A stretch of 64,000 nt of DNA, taken from assembly GCA_001662655.1 (NCBI GenBank), contig KV460217.1; one strand, written 5' to 3'. The stretch's first letter is position 1, and each line of letters begins with the position of its first letter. Below are positions 1 through 13,376 of this stretch, one piece after another. A program made the translations under genes and the position numbers. The notes below the pieces were generated by a model, which made no database searches, was not told where the DNA came from, and saw only the letters and a list, made by a program, of their open reading frames with translations. The DNA is from Pseudogymnoascus verrucosus. Lineage: Eukaryota.

Positions 1-1973
1 GTCGAGAAGTGTAGTGTACCAGGAGGAACAATACTATTAAAATTGCCACGCAAACGCTAGCGTAAACCCCATCAACAAAAATCATTGCAGTGCCAGAGAA
101 AACAGCACCGAGAAAAGCGGTTTGCCAACTAAAAAAGTGGAAAGATGGTCGGAAGTTGGGTGCAGATCCTATTTTGAGGAGGAATGTGGCTAAATTCATG
201 ACCAGGAATGTCATCTACAAAAAGTCAGTATGATTATCACTTTGCTCCAATATGTAGGAGCATCAAATACACTCTCGCTCTCGCATACGGAGGAGGTATA
301 AACAGCACCCAGGGAAGATAATGTAGGGAAAGTAGAGTCAGAGAGGCAACATACCAGGTATGCCATGGTGATCAATGACGCAATCTGGTTGATATCAAAC
401 AGCATGACAATCTGCGCTGCGAGATAAGTGAAGCAAATCGCATATACAGGCTCGTCGCCTTTCTTAGTTCCTTGTCCAAAGATGCTTAGCCCAGGATAGA
501 GCTCGTCTCGAGCAAGAGCTTGCATAAGCTTAGCACATCCGATAACACCCATCAATGTTGAAAAGAAGGTGGTTGCAAACTCTCCTGCCAAAACCAGAAC
601 CGCAGAAACGTTCGTATCCTGAATAATATTGATATCCGCAACGAATGAGGCTCTGGTCACCGTGCAGGCCAATGACAGTATAACAAGTGTGTACGAAACA
701 AATGTTAGAGCCAAGGCCCATAAAGTGCCTTTCGGAATAGCTTTGCTAGGATGTTTAAGATCTCCGCTCATGCTTGCGCCAGCAAATATTCCTGAAGTTG
801 CTGGGAATAGAATGCCAAAAAGCCCTTGGAAACTTTCTCGTCCCTTTGACTGGCTGCCAGCAGCGCCTTTGGTAAAACGAGGGAAAAGGTTGCCTTTGAA
901 AGTAGCCAAGCTCATTCCAGTAAACTGAATGCCAAGTTGCCGGCTCTCGAATGGTGCCATAACCAATGCAGAAAATGGGATGCTCATAGTGGAAATGAGC
1001 AAAATGATAAGCAAGCCATTGCTGGCACGAGCAAAGACGCCGCTTCCTGCAAGGCATATGCCCGTGCATACAAGAAGCACGACAGTGGCCCACAGATAGT
1101 TATAGCCTTGAGATTCTGGTAAGATTCGAGCCCAGTCTCCGGTGGCTGCACCAATATTATTTTGAATGGCATCAACCAACGCAACTGCGTTTAGACCAGT
1201 ATTGAAGACTTGGCCCATGTAAAAGACGAGCCCTATTGCACCTCCGAATTCTGGGCCCAGTGATCTTGATATGAGATAATAGGCCCCCCCTCCACGAACT
1301 GTGCCGTTCGATGCAATTGCAGAGAGAGAGAATATCGTTATGAGATCGATGGAATAAGCGGCCACGAGCATTCCTAAAATATGGTGGTCAGATTGGTCAC
1401 GAAGGTATATGGGGATGGCATAGCCTTACCTAGTATACCAAGAACTCCTGCTTGGCCTAATATAAACCCAAAACGCAAAAACATAAGAATGCTCAGCACA
1501 TTCAAACATGTTGGTACGAACACTCCTGAGAAAGTCCCAAGCTTGTCAGAACCTCCAACTGGCCTTGGGCCCAGCCCAGGCTTTGTTCGCTTATCATCGC
1601 CATCAGGATTTCTTTGGTCTGTGTGTAGGTCTGCCCGTGTCGGTGATGCTTGTGATTTCTGCCCGTTGGCCGTTGTTCGCTTTCGCAGTAACGGCGTGGT
1701 CTCGGTCGCGCTGGAGCCATTGTGGATATTCAAAACTCGCTTTGTAAAGTTGAATGGCGACGACAAGATACTGCCGCCGCCCTTTGAGGTGCCAGGGCCC
1801 GGAAGCTCATTGCTACCAGCAGGTCCATCGCTGCCCAACTGGGCTTCCTGAGATGGAGCAGAGTCGTCCACAAAAACGGAGAACCGCCTATTCAACTCGC
1901 CAGAAGCATCTACCGCAGTTCGAGTCTGAAATGTTGGTCGGTTCGTCGGAGGATGGTCGTTCCCAGGAGCCAT
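1..1973 (-). CDS. VHC1: Cation-chloride cotransporter (SLC12 family, vacuolar Vhc1-like); 3' end runs off the window
   Basis: Motifs KLGTFSGVFVPTCLNVLSILMFLRFG, SAIASNGTVRGGGAYYLISRSLGPEFGG and LFPATSGIFAGASMSGDLK. GT-AG introns at 1429-1374 and 354-215 join the ORFs in frame and continue MTFLVMNLATFLLKIGSAPNFRPSF. Confidence 0.93.
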
Positions 1974-2764
1974 TGCCCCTCACTTCGGCGATAGAGTCCA
2001 AATACAAATCTAGGCAAGCACGACAGCCAATGATCGAATGGGCCTTGAGCCACGGAAAGTAAGAATAGCACAATTATAAAGATTTCATCGTGATAGTACT
2101 CGAGTAGTTATTGTGCAGGTTGAAAAGGTGGGATAGCTAAGGGAACCAGTAGCTATTCTTTGAATTTGACTCTTGGCATGAGCTTTCGAAGCTATACTCT
2201 GATGTCGGCCAGGCACATAAAACAGGGCAACCCGGGTAGCTCCACCCGATTGATTGGTAGCACTGATAAGGGAAAAAACGTGACCAAATTTTCCAAATCC
2301 CCCCCAAATGCGCCCCCACACAGCCCAGTAACCGTACCAGAGAGCGTGACAGGGTCTTGTGCCTTTGGGATCCGCTTATCGATGACACCCAGCATACAGA
2401 TACAGCTGAGTACATGCGACTACGACTTGTCGTACATATATATCACGGAGAAACATAGATCTCGTCAGCCTCATCACTCTACCAACAAACGTGTGCCTAC
2501 AGAAGAGCATAGTTGCTTCTGCTCTACACGAGTATTGAGACACAATACGCAGGTTAGACACGCCTTCTAGTTCTGATATTCCAAGCTTTGTCTCCCGACC
2601 GCAGTACTTGGCGCTAACACGAACAACCCTTCAAGCTACCTACTCGAGAAGAGTACCACAAAGTCATCTTCACCCAACGCCCGGTATGCTTCGATAGAGA
2701 CCACAATTCGACATCGAGATTGTGAAGCCTTGCGACGAATCAACCATCTGCCGCATCGACTACA

Positions 2765-5141
2765 ATGGACCATTCGGCTTCCAACCCTCTGCTGGGCACG
2801 TCTCCTGGGTCATCCCGACTTGGGACCTCCGCCCCTCGTGCAACCTCCACTGCCCGGCTTGCGTCGCCAGTGCCCTCAAGCCATTTGTCTGGCACTCCTA
2901 CACTGCGGCAAATACCCGTATCCGGCCAGGCAGGCACAGCGGGAGATTCGTTAACGCCACTTGCTGGCGGCCCGACCGAGCACTCATCCCTTACTGGCCC
3001 CGGAGTCTCTGCACTTGCTGCCGCCTTCTCAAGCTCTATCGGCAATTCTCCGCCTCGGTTTGGCACTCCACCACTGCGACCTCTGTCTCCTGCAACTGCG
3101 GGTGCGAATTTGCAAGCCGCCGACCCACAGACCAACTACGGCTCCTTCACTCGCTCGATACAAGGTGCTCACACCTCTGGCTACCAAGGTGCAGCAGGTC
3201 TTGAAGATCCAGACATTGTTCAAAGACATCTTGTTCAATCCTCGGAGGTGCAAGAGAGCGATGGCGCTTCCAACGGTGGGTCTGACACGCACCGTGATAC
3301 TTCAAAGACAAAGACGGACTTCGATTCGATTGCACCAGGTTTAGGGGACGATGAGTTTTCCAGCTTGCAGTTACAAGGAGGAGATATTACTAGACCAATA
3401 TACAAGTGGACCGAGGAGGCTCAGGCTAGAGCGCTAGGCCGAGGGCGTGGAAGAAGTCACAGCTTCAACCTGTCAAGGCCGCATACGGACGACGAAGTGC
3501 TCGATATCAACTCGATAAAAGTACCTGGTGGAATGCGTAGGAATTACCTACGAAGAGTCGCCGCAAGCCCCAGCCCTGAAAGAGATGTAGAGGAAGGCGA
3601 AAGCAGTGGTTCGGCAAGAACCCCAAGGCATGCAAAGCTGTTTACGAACAACTTCATGGAATTCCTGACGATATACGGCCATTTCGCCGGTGAAGAGCTC
3701 GAGGAAGACGATGAAGCGTTGGGACCCAACGAGTACTTCGCTTCTGATTCATATGATGAGTTTTACGATGAAGGGGAGGGTAGTGAAGGGGAGCGCATGG
3801 AGAATAGCGCTCTTCTTACCCCAGGCGCACGTAAGAAGAGGAGGCGTAAGGACCGCGGTGGGAGCGGCCAAAATGACTCTTGGGGAGCACTCCTGCTTCT
3901 CCTGAAGTCCTTCGTTGGCACCGGTGTGCTCTTCCTGCCGAAGGCCTACCTAAACGGCGGAATGCTCTTCAGCAACGTGATTCTTCTTTTTGTCGCAATC
4001 ATCAGCTATTATTGCTTTGTGCTCTTGGTTAATACACGATTGAAGATAGAAGGCTCGTTTGGTGACATGGGCGGAATTTTATACGGAAAGTGGTTACGGA
4101 CAGCCATTCTTGCATCAATCGTTATCAGCCAGATCGGCTTCGTCGCTGCATATATCGTTTTTACGTCGGAGAACCTGCAGGCATTCATACTCGCCGTGTC
4201 AGACTGCAAAACAAATATCGAGATCAAGTATCTGATCTTGATGCAAATGGCGATATTCCTGCCATTTTCGCTGATGAGAGACATCAGCAAATTAGCATTT
4301 ACGGCCCTTGTCGCCGACGCCTTGATTCTTCTCGGCTTGGCTTATCTGTACTACTTCGACATACTCACTATTGCCACGCAAGGAGTGGCTGATATCGTTA
4401 ACTTCAATCCGAAAGACTGGACTCTCTTCATTGGAACCGCCATTTTCACGTTTGAGGGGATTGGTCTCATCATTCCCATCCAAGAATCTATGCGTGAGCC
4501 ACAGAAGTTCCCACGCGTTTTGGGCGTGGTCATGGTTATCATCACCGTTATCTTCCTGTCCATGGGTGCGCTCTCATATGCCGCATTCGGCTCCAAGACT
4601 GAAACCGTCGTCATCCTCAACATGCCGCAGGACGACAAGTTCGTCAACGCGGTGCAGTTCATGTACAGTGTTGCGATTCTGCTGTCGACGCCTCTTCAAA
4701 TCTTCCCAGCTATTCGCATCACCGAAACCGAGCTTTTCACGAGGAGCGGAAAGTACAACCCATACATCAAGTGGCAGAAGAACGCCTTCCGCTTCTTCGT
4801 TGTGATGCTCTGCGCTGCTATTGCATGGGGAGGTGCGGCAGATTTGGACAAGTTCGTGGCCATCGTTGGAAGCTTTGCTTGCGTGCCACTTGTTTATATT
4901 TATCCTGTAAGTTCCCCCGCCTTATCCTGTCGTCTGGAATCGACGTACTAACAGCTATCAGCCTATGCTCCATTACCGCGCCGTTGCCACGACTCGTTTC
5001 CGGAAGTTCTCCGATATTTTCCTCGGCGTCTGCGGCGCAATAGTCATGGTGTACACAACGTCGATGACAATTATAAACTGGGCTGGTGATGGTAAGGCAG
5101 TCCCTGTACCGAAATTCTGTGACGGAAAGAGAGGGGTGTGA
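2765..5141 (+). CDS. AVT3: Vacuolar amino-acid transporter (AAAP family, Avt3/Avt4-like)
   Basis: Long hydrophilic N-terminus with LQLQGGDITR and FMEFLTIYGHFAGEEL, then LLKSFVGTGVLFLP and GTAIFTFEGIGLIIPIQESM. Intron 4907-4961; last exon PMLHY...RGV ends at TGA 5139-5141. Confidence 0.92.
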
Positions 5142-5509
5142 GTTGTGAGGTATACAGGAGATCACACCTAGACGATTACGTGATATAGATGGTCATCTTC
5201 ACGGATCCTGTAGTACATTTTGTTTTCTTCTACTTGGTTATGGTCACCTTCTAGAATGCGTTGTTTTGCATAGCCTGCGTTTTATTGTCAGCATTTTGTT
5301 CCTGTCTCATATATACACCCCAACGTCGAATTTAGAACCTACAAACATAAATCTATCGTATACCAAAGAATTACTTGCTTTATTGATTTTATCAACATGA
5401 TTTCGACCCATATGGCCCCTGCCGATTTTTCAGCCCTGTCAGCCATAACGCAGTAGTCACAATTGCCGCCTTGCATACACGACGAAGCTTTTGTTAACAA
5501 CACAAACCA

Positions 5510-6751
5510 ATGAGCCACGTCCATGCTGACTGTCCAAGATGTGGCGGTGGAGGGACTACGAATTCTCCTAGGTGGCACTGACTACATCGTATTCGTCAGA
5601 AGCCTTATACTCCTTTGAACTGGTTTGGTGACAAGAGAGTACCCCCTACGAACGAAAACCCTCAATCTCCGGCATACCCAACTCTCCCTACGCCACGCCC
5701 TCGTGCTTTAACTCTAGATTCGTCGCCGTATCCGCCTAATCCAGCTGAGACGTCAACCCCAATCTTGCATACAGCCTCGCAATCATCAAGCTTATTTTTT
5801 TCTCGGTTGCCCTTTGAACTGCGGATGCTCGTATATCGCAAATTATTCGGCAACCGGACGGTGCACATACAGTTGTACCATGGTTATCCTGACATCCCAG
5901 GCATGATACACAACATGTCCACGGATGAGGACAAGAGTAGGCCTAAGGGGTGGTATTGGTGACATAGCGTCTGTCATCGGGATCCCGAGATAGTACCCTT
6001 ATGGCGGGACACTTGCCGAGTGGGAGGTCCTGGCCTCTACTGCTGGGGAAAAAAAGATAGAAGTGGTTGCCATATTGATACTGCGTGGCTTTTTACATGC
6101 CGCCAAGGGTGAGCCTGACTCTTATATATCCGCAGCCTATGGACCCAAGTGTTTGTCCATGTCTAGCACCAAGTAGGTATTCTGAAGCTATTGCGGTGTT
6201 ATATGGAACGAACAGATCACATATCCAGAGGGAGTAACACTTTGAAGTCGCTCCAATTCGCGTTCCTTCCCCAACGCGTCGCGAGTATTACCGCGGTGGA
6301 TATCTTCTGGCCTCAACTGGGAACGCTATATACGATACCAGACCATAGGCCTATATATACTTCTCTCTGGGATGGGATCTTTTTATTGACTAACCTGCGT
6401 TCCCTACGCCTAAACCTCATGATGGGAGCGCTCCACACAAACCCACTTTTGCCCGACTCTTCCGAAGAAGAAAAACGTGCTATAGAACGTGAGTGGTTAG
6501 GACCTCCCGACGAGCTTGTTCGACGTCTAGGTTCACAGTTGGAAGAGTTCGTGCTTCTAGTGGCAGACTCCCTTTACGATGTGTTGCAGGGGCTAGGGAA
6601 TGAGGAAGAAGTGCCTTCGGGTTATTATGAAAACATGATGTGTTTCACGCGAGTTATTGGCGGCTACGAGTATGTCATCAATGAGTGGCCAAACTTTTCA
6701 CATAATTCAAGGTACTGGGCAAATATTAAACAGAAGGGAATGCCATGGTAG
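5510..6751 (+). pseudogene. Disrupted DUF7730-like (F-box-like) fungal gene
   Basis: One frame from ATG 5510 reads FFSRLPFELRMLVYRKLFG...WYW*HSVCHR...WLFTCRQG, then intron 6109-6176, then YSEAIAVLYGTN. It has in-frame TGA at 5579 and 5960, and a +1 shift near 6215 into the LPQRVASIT ORF (6191-6751). Confidence 0.7.
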
Positions 6752-7184
6752 TAACCGACCTGGACAAGTAGTTCTCTTGACTATTTGACAATGGAAATTT
6801 CGCCATTTTTTATTAGAAAACAGAAGCGGATTTTACACTTCGCACTCCATAAAATCAACAAAATATATCAATACTAAGGCGGAAATGAAACCCCACAAAG
6901 GATTTAAAGGATTTGCAATAACAAAGTGTCGGGGGGTAAGAAATGATGAACCATGATGATATCACAGCCTTGCATGCGAGGCTGACAGTAACAACTGCAG
7001 TTTAGGTCTGCCTAGTCGCCCGGAAAATTTTGAAAAGTTGCTGGGCCATTTTCAACATCGAATCTGATCCTATCAACAGCATCGCCAGTTTGCAGTTCGC
7101 CCATTCATCTCTCAATCTTCGGCTCACCGCTGAGCATATAGACGAATTCCACCAATATCCATCCAGGATACGGAATATTGAGCC

Positions 7185-8680
7185 ATGGCCGACCAAGATG
7201 CGCAGAATGGAGAGGAGGTGACGAGGTCTGGTGGACAGGTGCAAGTCCACTTTGTGACCGAGGAGAAGGAATTCGAGCTCGAGGAGTCCAAGAGAGTCCT
7301 CCTCGTCCCTACTGGTAATAATTGCCCCATCCTATGCTTATATAGCCATACTAACCCCTCCTCGCAGACATCCGTCGTTACAACCTCTCTCAAATCCTCA
7401 ACTCCCCCGCGATGCTCGATCTCCCCACCCCCACCCCATTCGACATCCTCATCAACGGCACATTCCTCCGCACCACCCTCGCCGAGTACCTCGTCTCTGC
7501 CGGCCTCTCCGCCGAAACAACCCTAACGCTTCAATTCCTCCGCTCCAGCATCCCCCCCACCTTCACCGCCGCCTTCGAGCACGACGACTGGGTCGCAGCG
7601 GTCGACGTCCTCTCGGCCACCTCCCCCCACTCCTCCGCCTACGAAAAGGACCCCCGCATCCTCTCCGGCTCCTACGACGGCCTCCTCCGCATGTGGTCCC
7701 CCTCCGGAACCGTCATCGCCACCTCCCCCGGCGCCTCCAACGGCGGCCACACCTCCTCCATCAAAGCCGCCAAGTTCCTCTCCCCCACCACCATCGCCTC
7801 GGCCGGCCTCGACCGCACAGTCCGCATCTGGTCGTACGCTGACGCCACCGGCCCAGACGCGCAGGGCAAGCTAACCCCCACCCTCGCGCTGTACGGACAC
7901 ACCCTCCCCATCGATTCCCTCGCCGCGCACACGCCCTCCAACCGCCTCCTCTCCGCCTCAGCAGACGGCTCCATCGGTCTGTGGACCCCTAACAAATCCG
8001 CCCCCGCTGCTCCCGCCGCGCTTCTCCCTGGCTCCGCGCCTTCCGCGAAGAGGAGGAAAATGAACGCCGCTGTTGATGTTCCGGCGCGCGGCGCGACTCT
8101 CATGATGGCTGCGCATACCGCGCCTGCTACGGGCGTGGTGTTCCATCCTGATGATGCTACGGTTGCGTACTCCACTTCGCTGGATCATACTCTCAAGACG
8201 CTCGATCTGGCGACTGGAAACGTGGTTGATACCCGTGCGACTGGACATGCGCTACTGTGCTTGACTACCCTTGCGCCAGGTGGGAGCGGACATGTCGTAG
8301 CTGTCGGATCGGCGGCGAGGCACATTACCCTTATTGATCCGCGGGCTGGAAGCGTGGTGATGACCCTGCGTGGACACAAGAATAAGATTGCGAGTCTGGC
8401 AAGGGATCCGTCGAGTGCGTTTGGCCTGGTCAGTGGTGCGCACGATGGAACAGTTAGGGTGTGGGATGTCAGGTCTTCAAGAGAGGGGAATCTTGATGAG
8501 GGCGGACGAGTGGGCGAGGCGGTGTTCGTGGTTGGCCGTGATGGCGCGGGGAAGAGCAAGGTTGGTGGTGAGGGCGAGAAGGTGTTTGGTGTTGTGTGGG
8601 ACCAGACTGTGGGTATTGTGAGTGCTGGTGAGGATAGAAGGGTGCAGATCAACGCACCGGCGAGGTTGGAGAAGTCGTAG
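7185..8680 (+). CDS. YTM1: Ribosome biogenesis WD40 protein Ytm1/WDR12
   Basis: NLE/UBL domain (QVQVHF...[15 protein letters not shown]) followed by HDDWVAAV and WD40 repeats. Intron 7315-7367. Confidence 0.93.
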
Positions 8681-8951
8681 GCGTTGAGAGAAACGGGGGG
8701 ATGATACCCGGAAGTTGGTGGATTGGATGTTGCATAGGTTGGAGTAAATGGTGTAATAAATCTATGGCTTTATTTATCTCGTATTTATTTTGAGCGGCGC
8801 CGCCGTCCGTCTATCTTAGCTATGTGACTTGGTCGTATTATCCAACCAGTGCCATGCTTCAAACCCATTCCGATCCGAAAACGCCATTGCATGCACCCAA
8901 TCATGTATTTCGTCCCATTCATGCCAACTCAAGCGACGGTATTCACGTCGA

Positions 8952-10856
8952 CTAGGTGCTTTTCCTTTCTCCGCCAACTATCCTCCATAGTCCCCTCCAC
9001 CTCCACCCGGATGTATCCCCCTCAACTCCCTCTAGTAACGCCCTCACCCTGTCCTCTCTCCCCTTGATGTCTAGCCCCCTCTCACTTCGGAGCCCCGCGC
9101 CGCTCCCCAGAACCCCTCGGCCCTCCAATCGCAGCGCCTCAAGGATGTATCCCCGTACCGTCCCGATCTTCAGCGGCGGATCCCGCAGCAACCCTGCAAT
9201 GTCCTCAACCGACAGGTCTTCATGTGATGACCAGATATGGTAGGCACGTAAAGCCGCAGGTGCTGCAGTGGTAGAAGGATGCGCAGCGCGATATGAGACT
9301 GCAAAGGCAGCAGCGGCGTCCACTCGAGGGTCGGCAGGTCGCTCGGCCTTCTTTGCAGGGCGCTTGGGTGATTTGGTAGAAGGTTGTGGGGATGAGTCCT
9401 CATCAGTTTCTAGGGGAATAGAAAGGGACGGGTCTTGGGGGGCAGAGCGTGACGTCTTGCGCGGCTCGAGGGCTGCAGTAGCATCATCGAGTGAATCGTC
9501 AACTGTGACGAGTTCGATTCCAGATGCAAGGCGGATGGGGAGGCCAAGTTCGGCGTGGTATGGGCGCGGCGGCGTAGGGCGCAGGGCCTTTCGTTTCGCC
9601 TCGAGGACATCGTACAATATGAACCCGGCATACGCATCACTAGCTGCATACAAAATCTGCTCCATGCTCAGGGCCTCACTCCAATCGCTGCCACGGACCT
9701 CTCCTTTGAAGATGGGGAGGGCAAGATGCTCGGATGCTTGCGATGTGAGCGACACGAGCTTCTTGTTAATGAGAGTTGGATTACGTGCGGCGGAGCCTTC
9801 GATTAGGCGGTGCAGATGGCTTAACTCGAAAATACCGCGCGTATCAACCTTCAGGAATTTCCGCACGCGTGTGCAGTCTGCTTTGATAGCGACCCCACAT
9901 TTGGAAACATTGGGATCCTCAAGGATAGCTTTGAGGGTTGGGGCGACCAGGTCATCGATGCCGTCTTTGGGGAAGAGTGCGAGATGACTTAGGATGATAC
10001 GGTCTTCACAGGCCAGCTGTATAAGGGAAACATTCTTCTTTGGAGAGGAAAATCGAGTCGCGTCGATTTTCCATTCAATGTCGAAGCCAAGGATAGGCTT
10101 GCCCAAGAAGTGCTTCTGAAGCACGGATTCGGTAGTGTGTCGGGACTTGCAATAATGCACTTTGACTTTTGCGTCGTCGGGGCCTGTGTATAGTCTGTGC
10201 GTCCAGAAGGAGTCGGGGGTATCCGGGGTTGCATCTTTGGCTTTCTGGAGGACTTCCGCCGGCATCACAAATGAGAGGGGTGTGTGGACTTCTTCTTCTT
10301 CTTCGGTTGGTTTCGGCTTTTCTGTAATAGCCTCTTGTTGCTGGGAGACCTCGGTTTGAGACGGGTCCGTCTGTAAACCAGCCGTGTCGGGAGCTGAAGG
10401 GGCCCAGCTACTGGAGCTGCTCGGGATGGATTGTGTTCCTTGATCAGATTCCCGTGCTGGTGTCAAGTTTTCCTTGCTTGACAAGGTATAGGTATTCTCA
10501 ATCGTAGCCGTCGACGTTTCTAGTGTGGATAATGTGGTCGTACTGAATGCCCTCGGACTGCTCCCCCGCAGTCCAGTCTCACCATTTCCAAATACGATTC
10601 CTTGGGCTGGGCTCCATAATCTCCCCAGGCTATATGGTCTTGCAGGTGCAGCGGTGGCTCTGTTTAAATGATTATTAGCTTCTCTCCTCACCACGGTACA
10701 AAGGAGCAGCACTTACGGTGGCTTGCCTCTCAGTGCAGCCAGAGAGCGCATCGCATCGTTCGCAAGGCTAGTAGTGCCCGTAAAGCTGCTCATCGAGGTC
10801 TGTGATTTTGCGAGGAGTCTGCTCGATGGTGATACTCCATGATAGCAAAGGCGCAT
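8952..10856 (-). CDS. DEDDy 3'-5' exonuclease (WRN-exo/EXD2-like) with a C-terminal helix-turn-helix-like domain
   Basis: Motifs LGFDIEW, LIQLA, GVAIKAD and SDWS..LSMEQILYAASDAY. ATG 10856; intron 10716-10660 (GTAAGT..AACAG) joins in frame. Confidence 0.85.
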
Positions 10857-11584
10857 GTCGTGGAGTGTCGGATTGACAGGTGGGGGGTTGATGGAATCCC
10901 CACACTCTTGGGTCACCTTGGTCCCCTGGTCGCGTCGGCTTTCGCGTATCGGCGGCAAATGAGTGGCTACCACACGCGTAAAGCGTCGCAGGTATCATTA
11001 TCTCCCATCCAGCTTCTTAAGGGGTGAGAAGATAATAGATGCGTAATTTGTAGTTTGTATCAATACTAGGGATTTAATAAAAGGAAGGTGGTTATGAGAA
11101 TATAATCTATATATACATGAATCAAGTATGACGGTGATATCAGTATTTGATCGAATCGTCCCTAAATACATCCGGCACTCATAAATCAAACGCACGGACC
11201 ATGACTTATTTCAACGTTCCATGGACTTTCGACGGTCGTTCTACTAGCGCCGAATTTGTGTTGGTGATGGAGTTGTTCCGTTCTCGACAACACCAAAATC
11301 GAACATCACCATCCCATAAACACAATTCGGTTGTCAAGCCTCCCCAAACGACCCAACCCAACATCGCTGAGCTGACACCTCGACTAAGCGCTCTGACTGC
11401 TAAATTCACTCCTCTATATTTTGTCCACAATCTGTAAGTTCTTTTTACTTCCTTGCCTACTCTTTCTCTCTCTCTCTCACCACACTTCATATTGGCACAT
11501 ATCACGTGCTGTTCTGTGTCCCCTTTCTCCTCACCAAGACTCCTATTGCAAATCAAATCATTTATTCATCTACCCATCTTCATC

Positions 11585-12363
11585 ATGAGCATTGATATGG
11601 AAAAAACCGATGTCCCTGCCCCTACCTCTCCCTTTGCTCCCCCTGCCTCTACGCTCAAGGAGCGCATCAAAGCAAGGATAATCTCCTGGGGCCATGACCT
11701 TGACGCCCATCTCAGGGATTTCTTCCACGTGTCAGGAGGCCCATACTACTATCAAGTCGCGAAACAAGAGAGTCAGCTTCTCCTCCCTCCCATCTACCCC
11801 GACCTGCCGTTTGTCTCTTTCCTGTCTCCCATCCTCAAGTCTACGGTTCTACGGTCGCACATGGTCATCACAAAGCCCCAGCTAACACTTCACAGAGGTC
11901 AAACGCAACGGCAAGAAAAAGAAGCTCCGTAAGAAGAACCCCGGAAGCAAATACATCTTCATCAACGGCGTCCCCTACCCAAAGCCCAGCGCCTACTACC
12001 CTGCTCCACGCCTCCCCTCCATCTCACCAATCTCAACAATCTCAATCACCTCCGTCACCTCTGTGCAAACCCAACTAACCATCACACAGGCTTGCACCAC
12101 GAGTTCCGCAAGCAAAAAAAGGCTGAGGCTAAGCTTCGAGGTGAACGCTACGTACAGCCTAAGCATCCGTACCGTACCTACAGGGCTTTGAAGTCGCACC
12201 CGGTCTTCTCAGAGAAAGAAAAGGAAGCCGCTGAGCATCAGCACGCCGTCAGCCACTATGACGTCGACGCAATTACTCCCGCTTGGTATGTGCTTGCTCT
12301 TTTGCTTCCCGTTTGACCTTCGTTATGCATAGAGGGATCGTGCGGCGCGCTGACGGAGATAGA
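11585..12363 (+). CDS. Uncharacterised basic protein of about 138 aa, overlapping the LSM5 start
   Basis: ATG 11585. Introns 11772-11895 (GTCAGC..GCTAAC..CACAG) and 11929-12089 (GTAAGA..CTAAC..CACAG) keep one open frame. The stop is TG|A across intron 12286-12362, or TGA at 12314-12316 if that intron is retained. Confidence 0.55.
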
Positions 12364-12786
12364 ACTCATCGATCGCTGTGTCGGAAGTAAGATCTGGGTT
12401 GTCATGAAGACCGACAAAGGTATTTGGACCCCAACTTCGCTCAGCAGCACCGTACCCACACTAACTCTCTGAAGAATTCACAGGCACCCTCACCGGTTTT
12501 GATGACTATGTAAACATGGTCCTGGAAGATGTGACGGAATTGTAGGCCACTTCCCATCCCAACTTCCCAGACCAATACTTACCAATCCCAGCGACTACAC
12601 GGGCGCAACAACAAAGATGGAGAAGATTCTGCTGAACGGGAACAATATCTGCATGGTTCGTTCCCCCCTCTCTCCTCCTTTTGCTCTGGCCCCTTTCAAC
12701 CTTTCCCCAATCTCTACTCATGAGCTGCGGTTAATAAATCACAGCTGATTCCAGGAGGAGAGGGACCATTGGCTTCTGCACCATAG
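12258..12786 (+). CDS. LSM5: U6 snRNA-associated Sm-like protein Lsm5
   Basis: Not in the ORF track. Spliced product is [85 protein letters not shown]. Introns 12286-12362, 12420-12474, 12542-12591, 12656-12743. Confidence 0.95.
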
Positions 12787-13376
12787 ATCGCCTTATGTGG
12801 GTGTCGGGCTGTATAGCAGATAGATGAACGGAATGAGATTATTCTTTAACTTTTGGCTACGTCCGTATATGTGATGATTTGGCCTATTGTGGTGGTTGGA
12901 GCTATAACTACTGTGAATGGCTGCCACGGATTTTGATCCTGGCTGTCATAATGCATGCTGCCGCTATTTTGTGTCGCCAGCGATGTCGCACCCCTTGGCC
13001 ATTACGGTGACAGATTCTCTAACACACAAAACAATCAGCTTCATGATACATATTCTGTTTACCTCTGCAATCACGCGTTTCCCCCTTTATATCACTATGT
13101 TTAGAATCTATCAAATTTAAGGCTCCCGGGATCATTATTCACATAGGATAGATACATAGTCACAAAATATTGAAGACAACATGCAAATCGTTGGAGAAGG
13201 ATATTGCTGCATTGATTTTCCCCCACCGAAAACGTATCAAAGTCCCCAGATACCACGCCAAACCCAACCACCCACCCATAAAACTCCCAACACCCGCTAT
13301 GCATAAACCCCCATACCCATCAGCATCCCACCCTCCCTGAATCCCAATGCCAGTGCCGCAAAGCAAACTGAATCTA

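Noticed and set aside
5960..5962. Premature stop rescued by A-to-I editing (UGA to UGG)
   Set aside because: Fungal stop-correcting editing acts mainly on UAG, and a second stop plus a frameshift remain; a pseudogene is the simpler reading.
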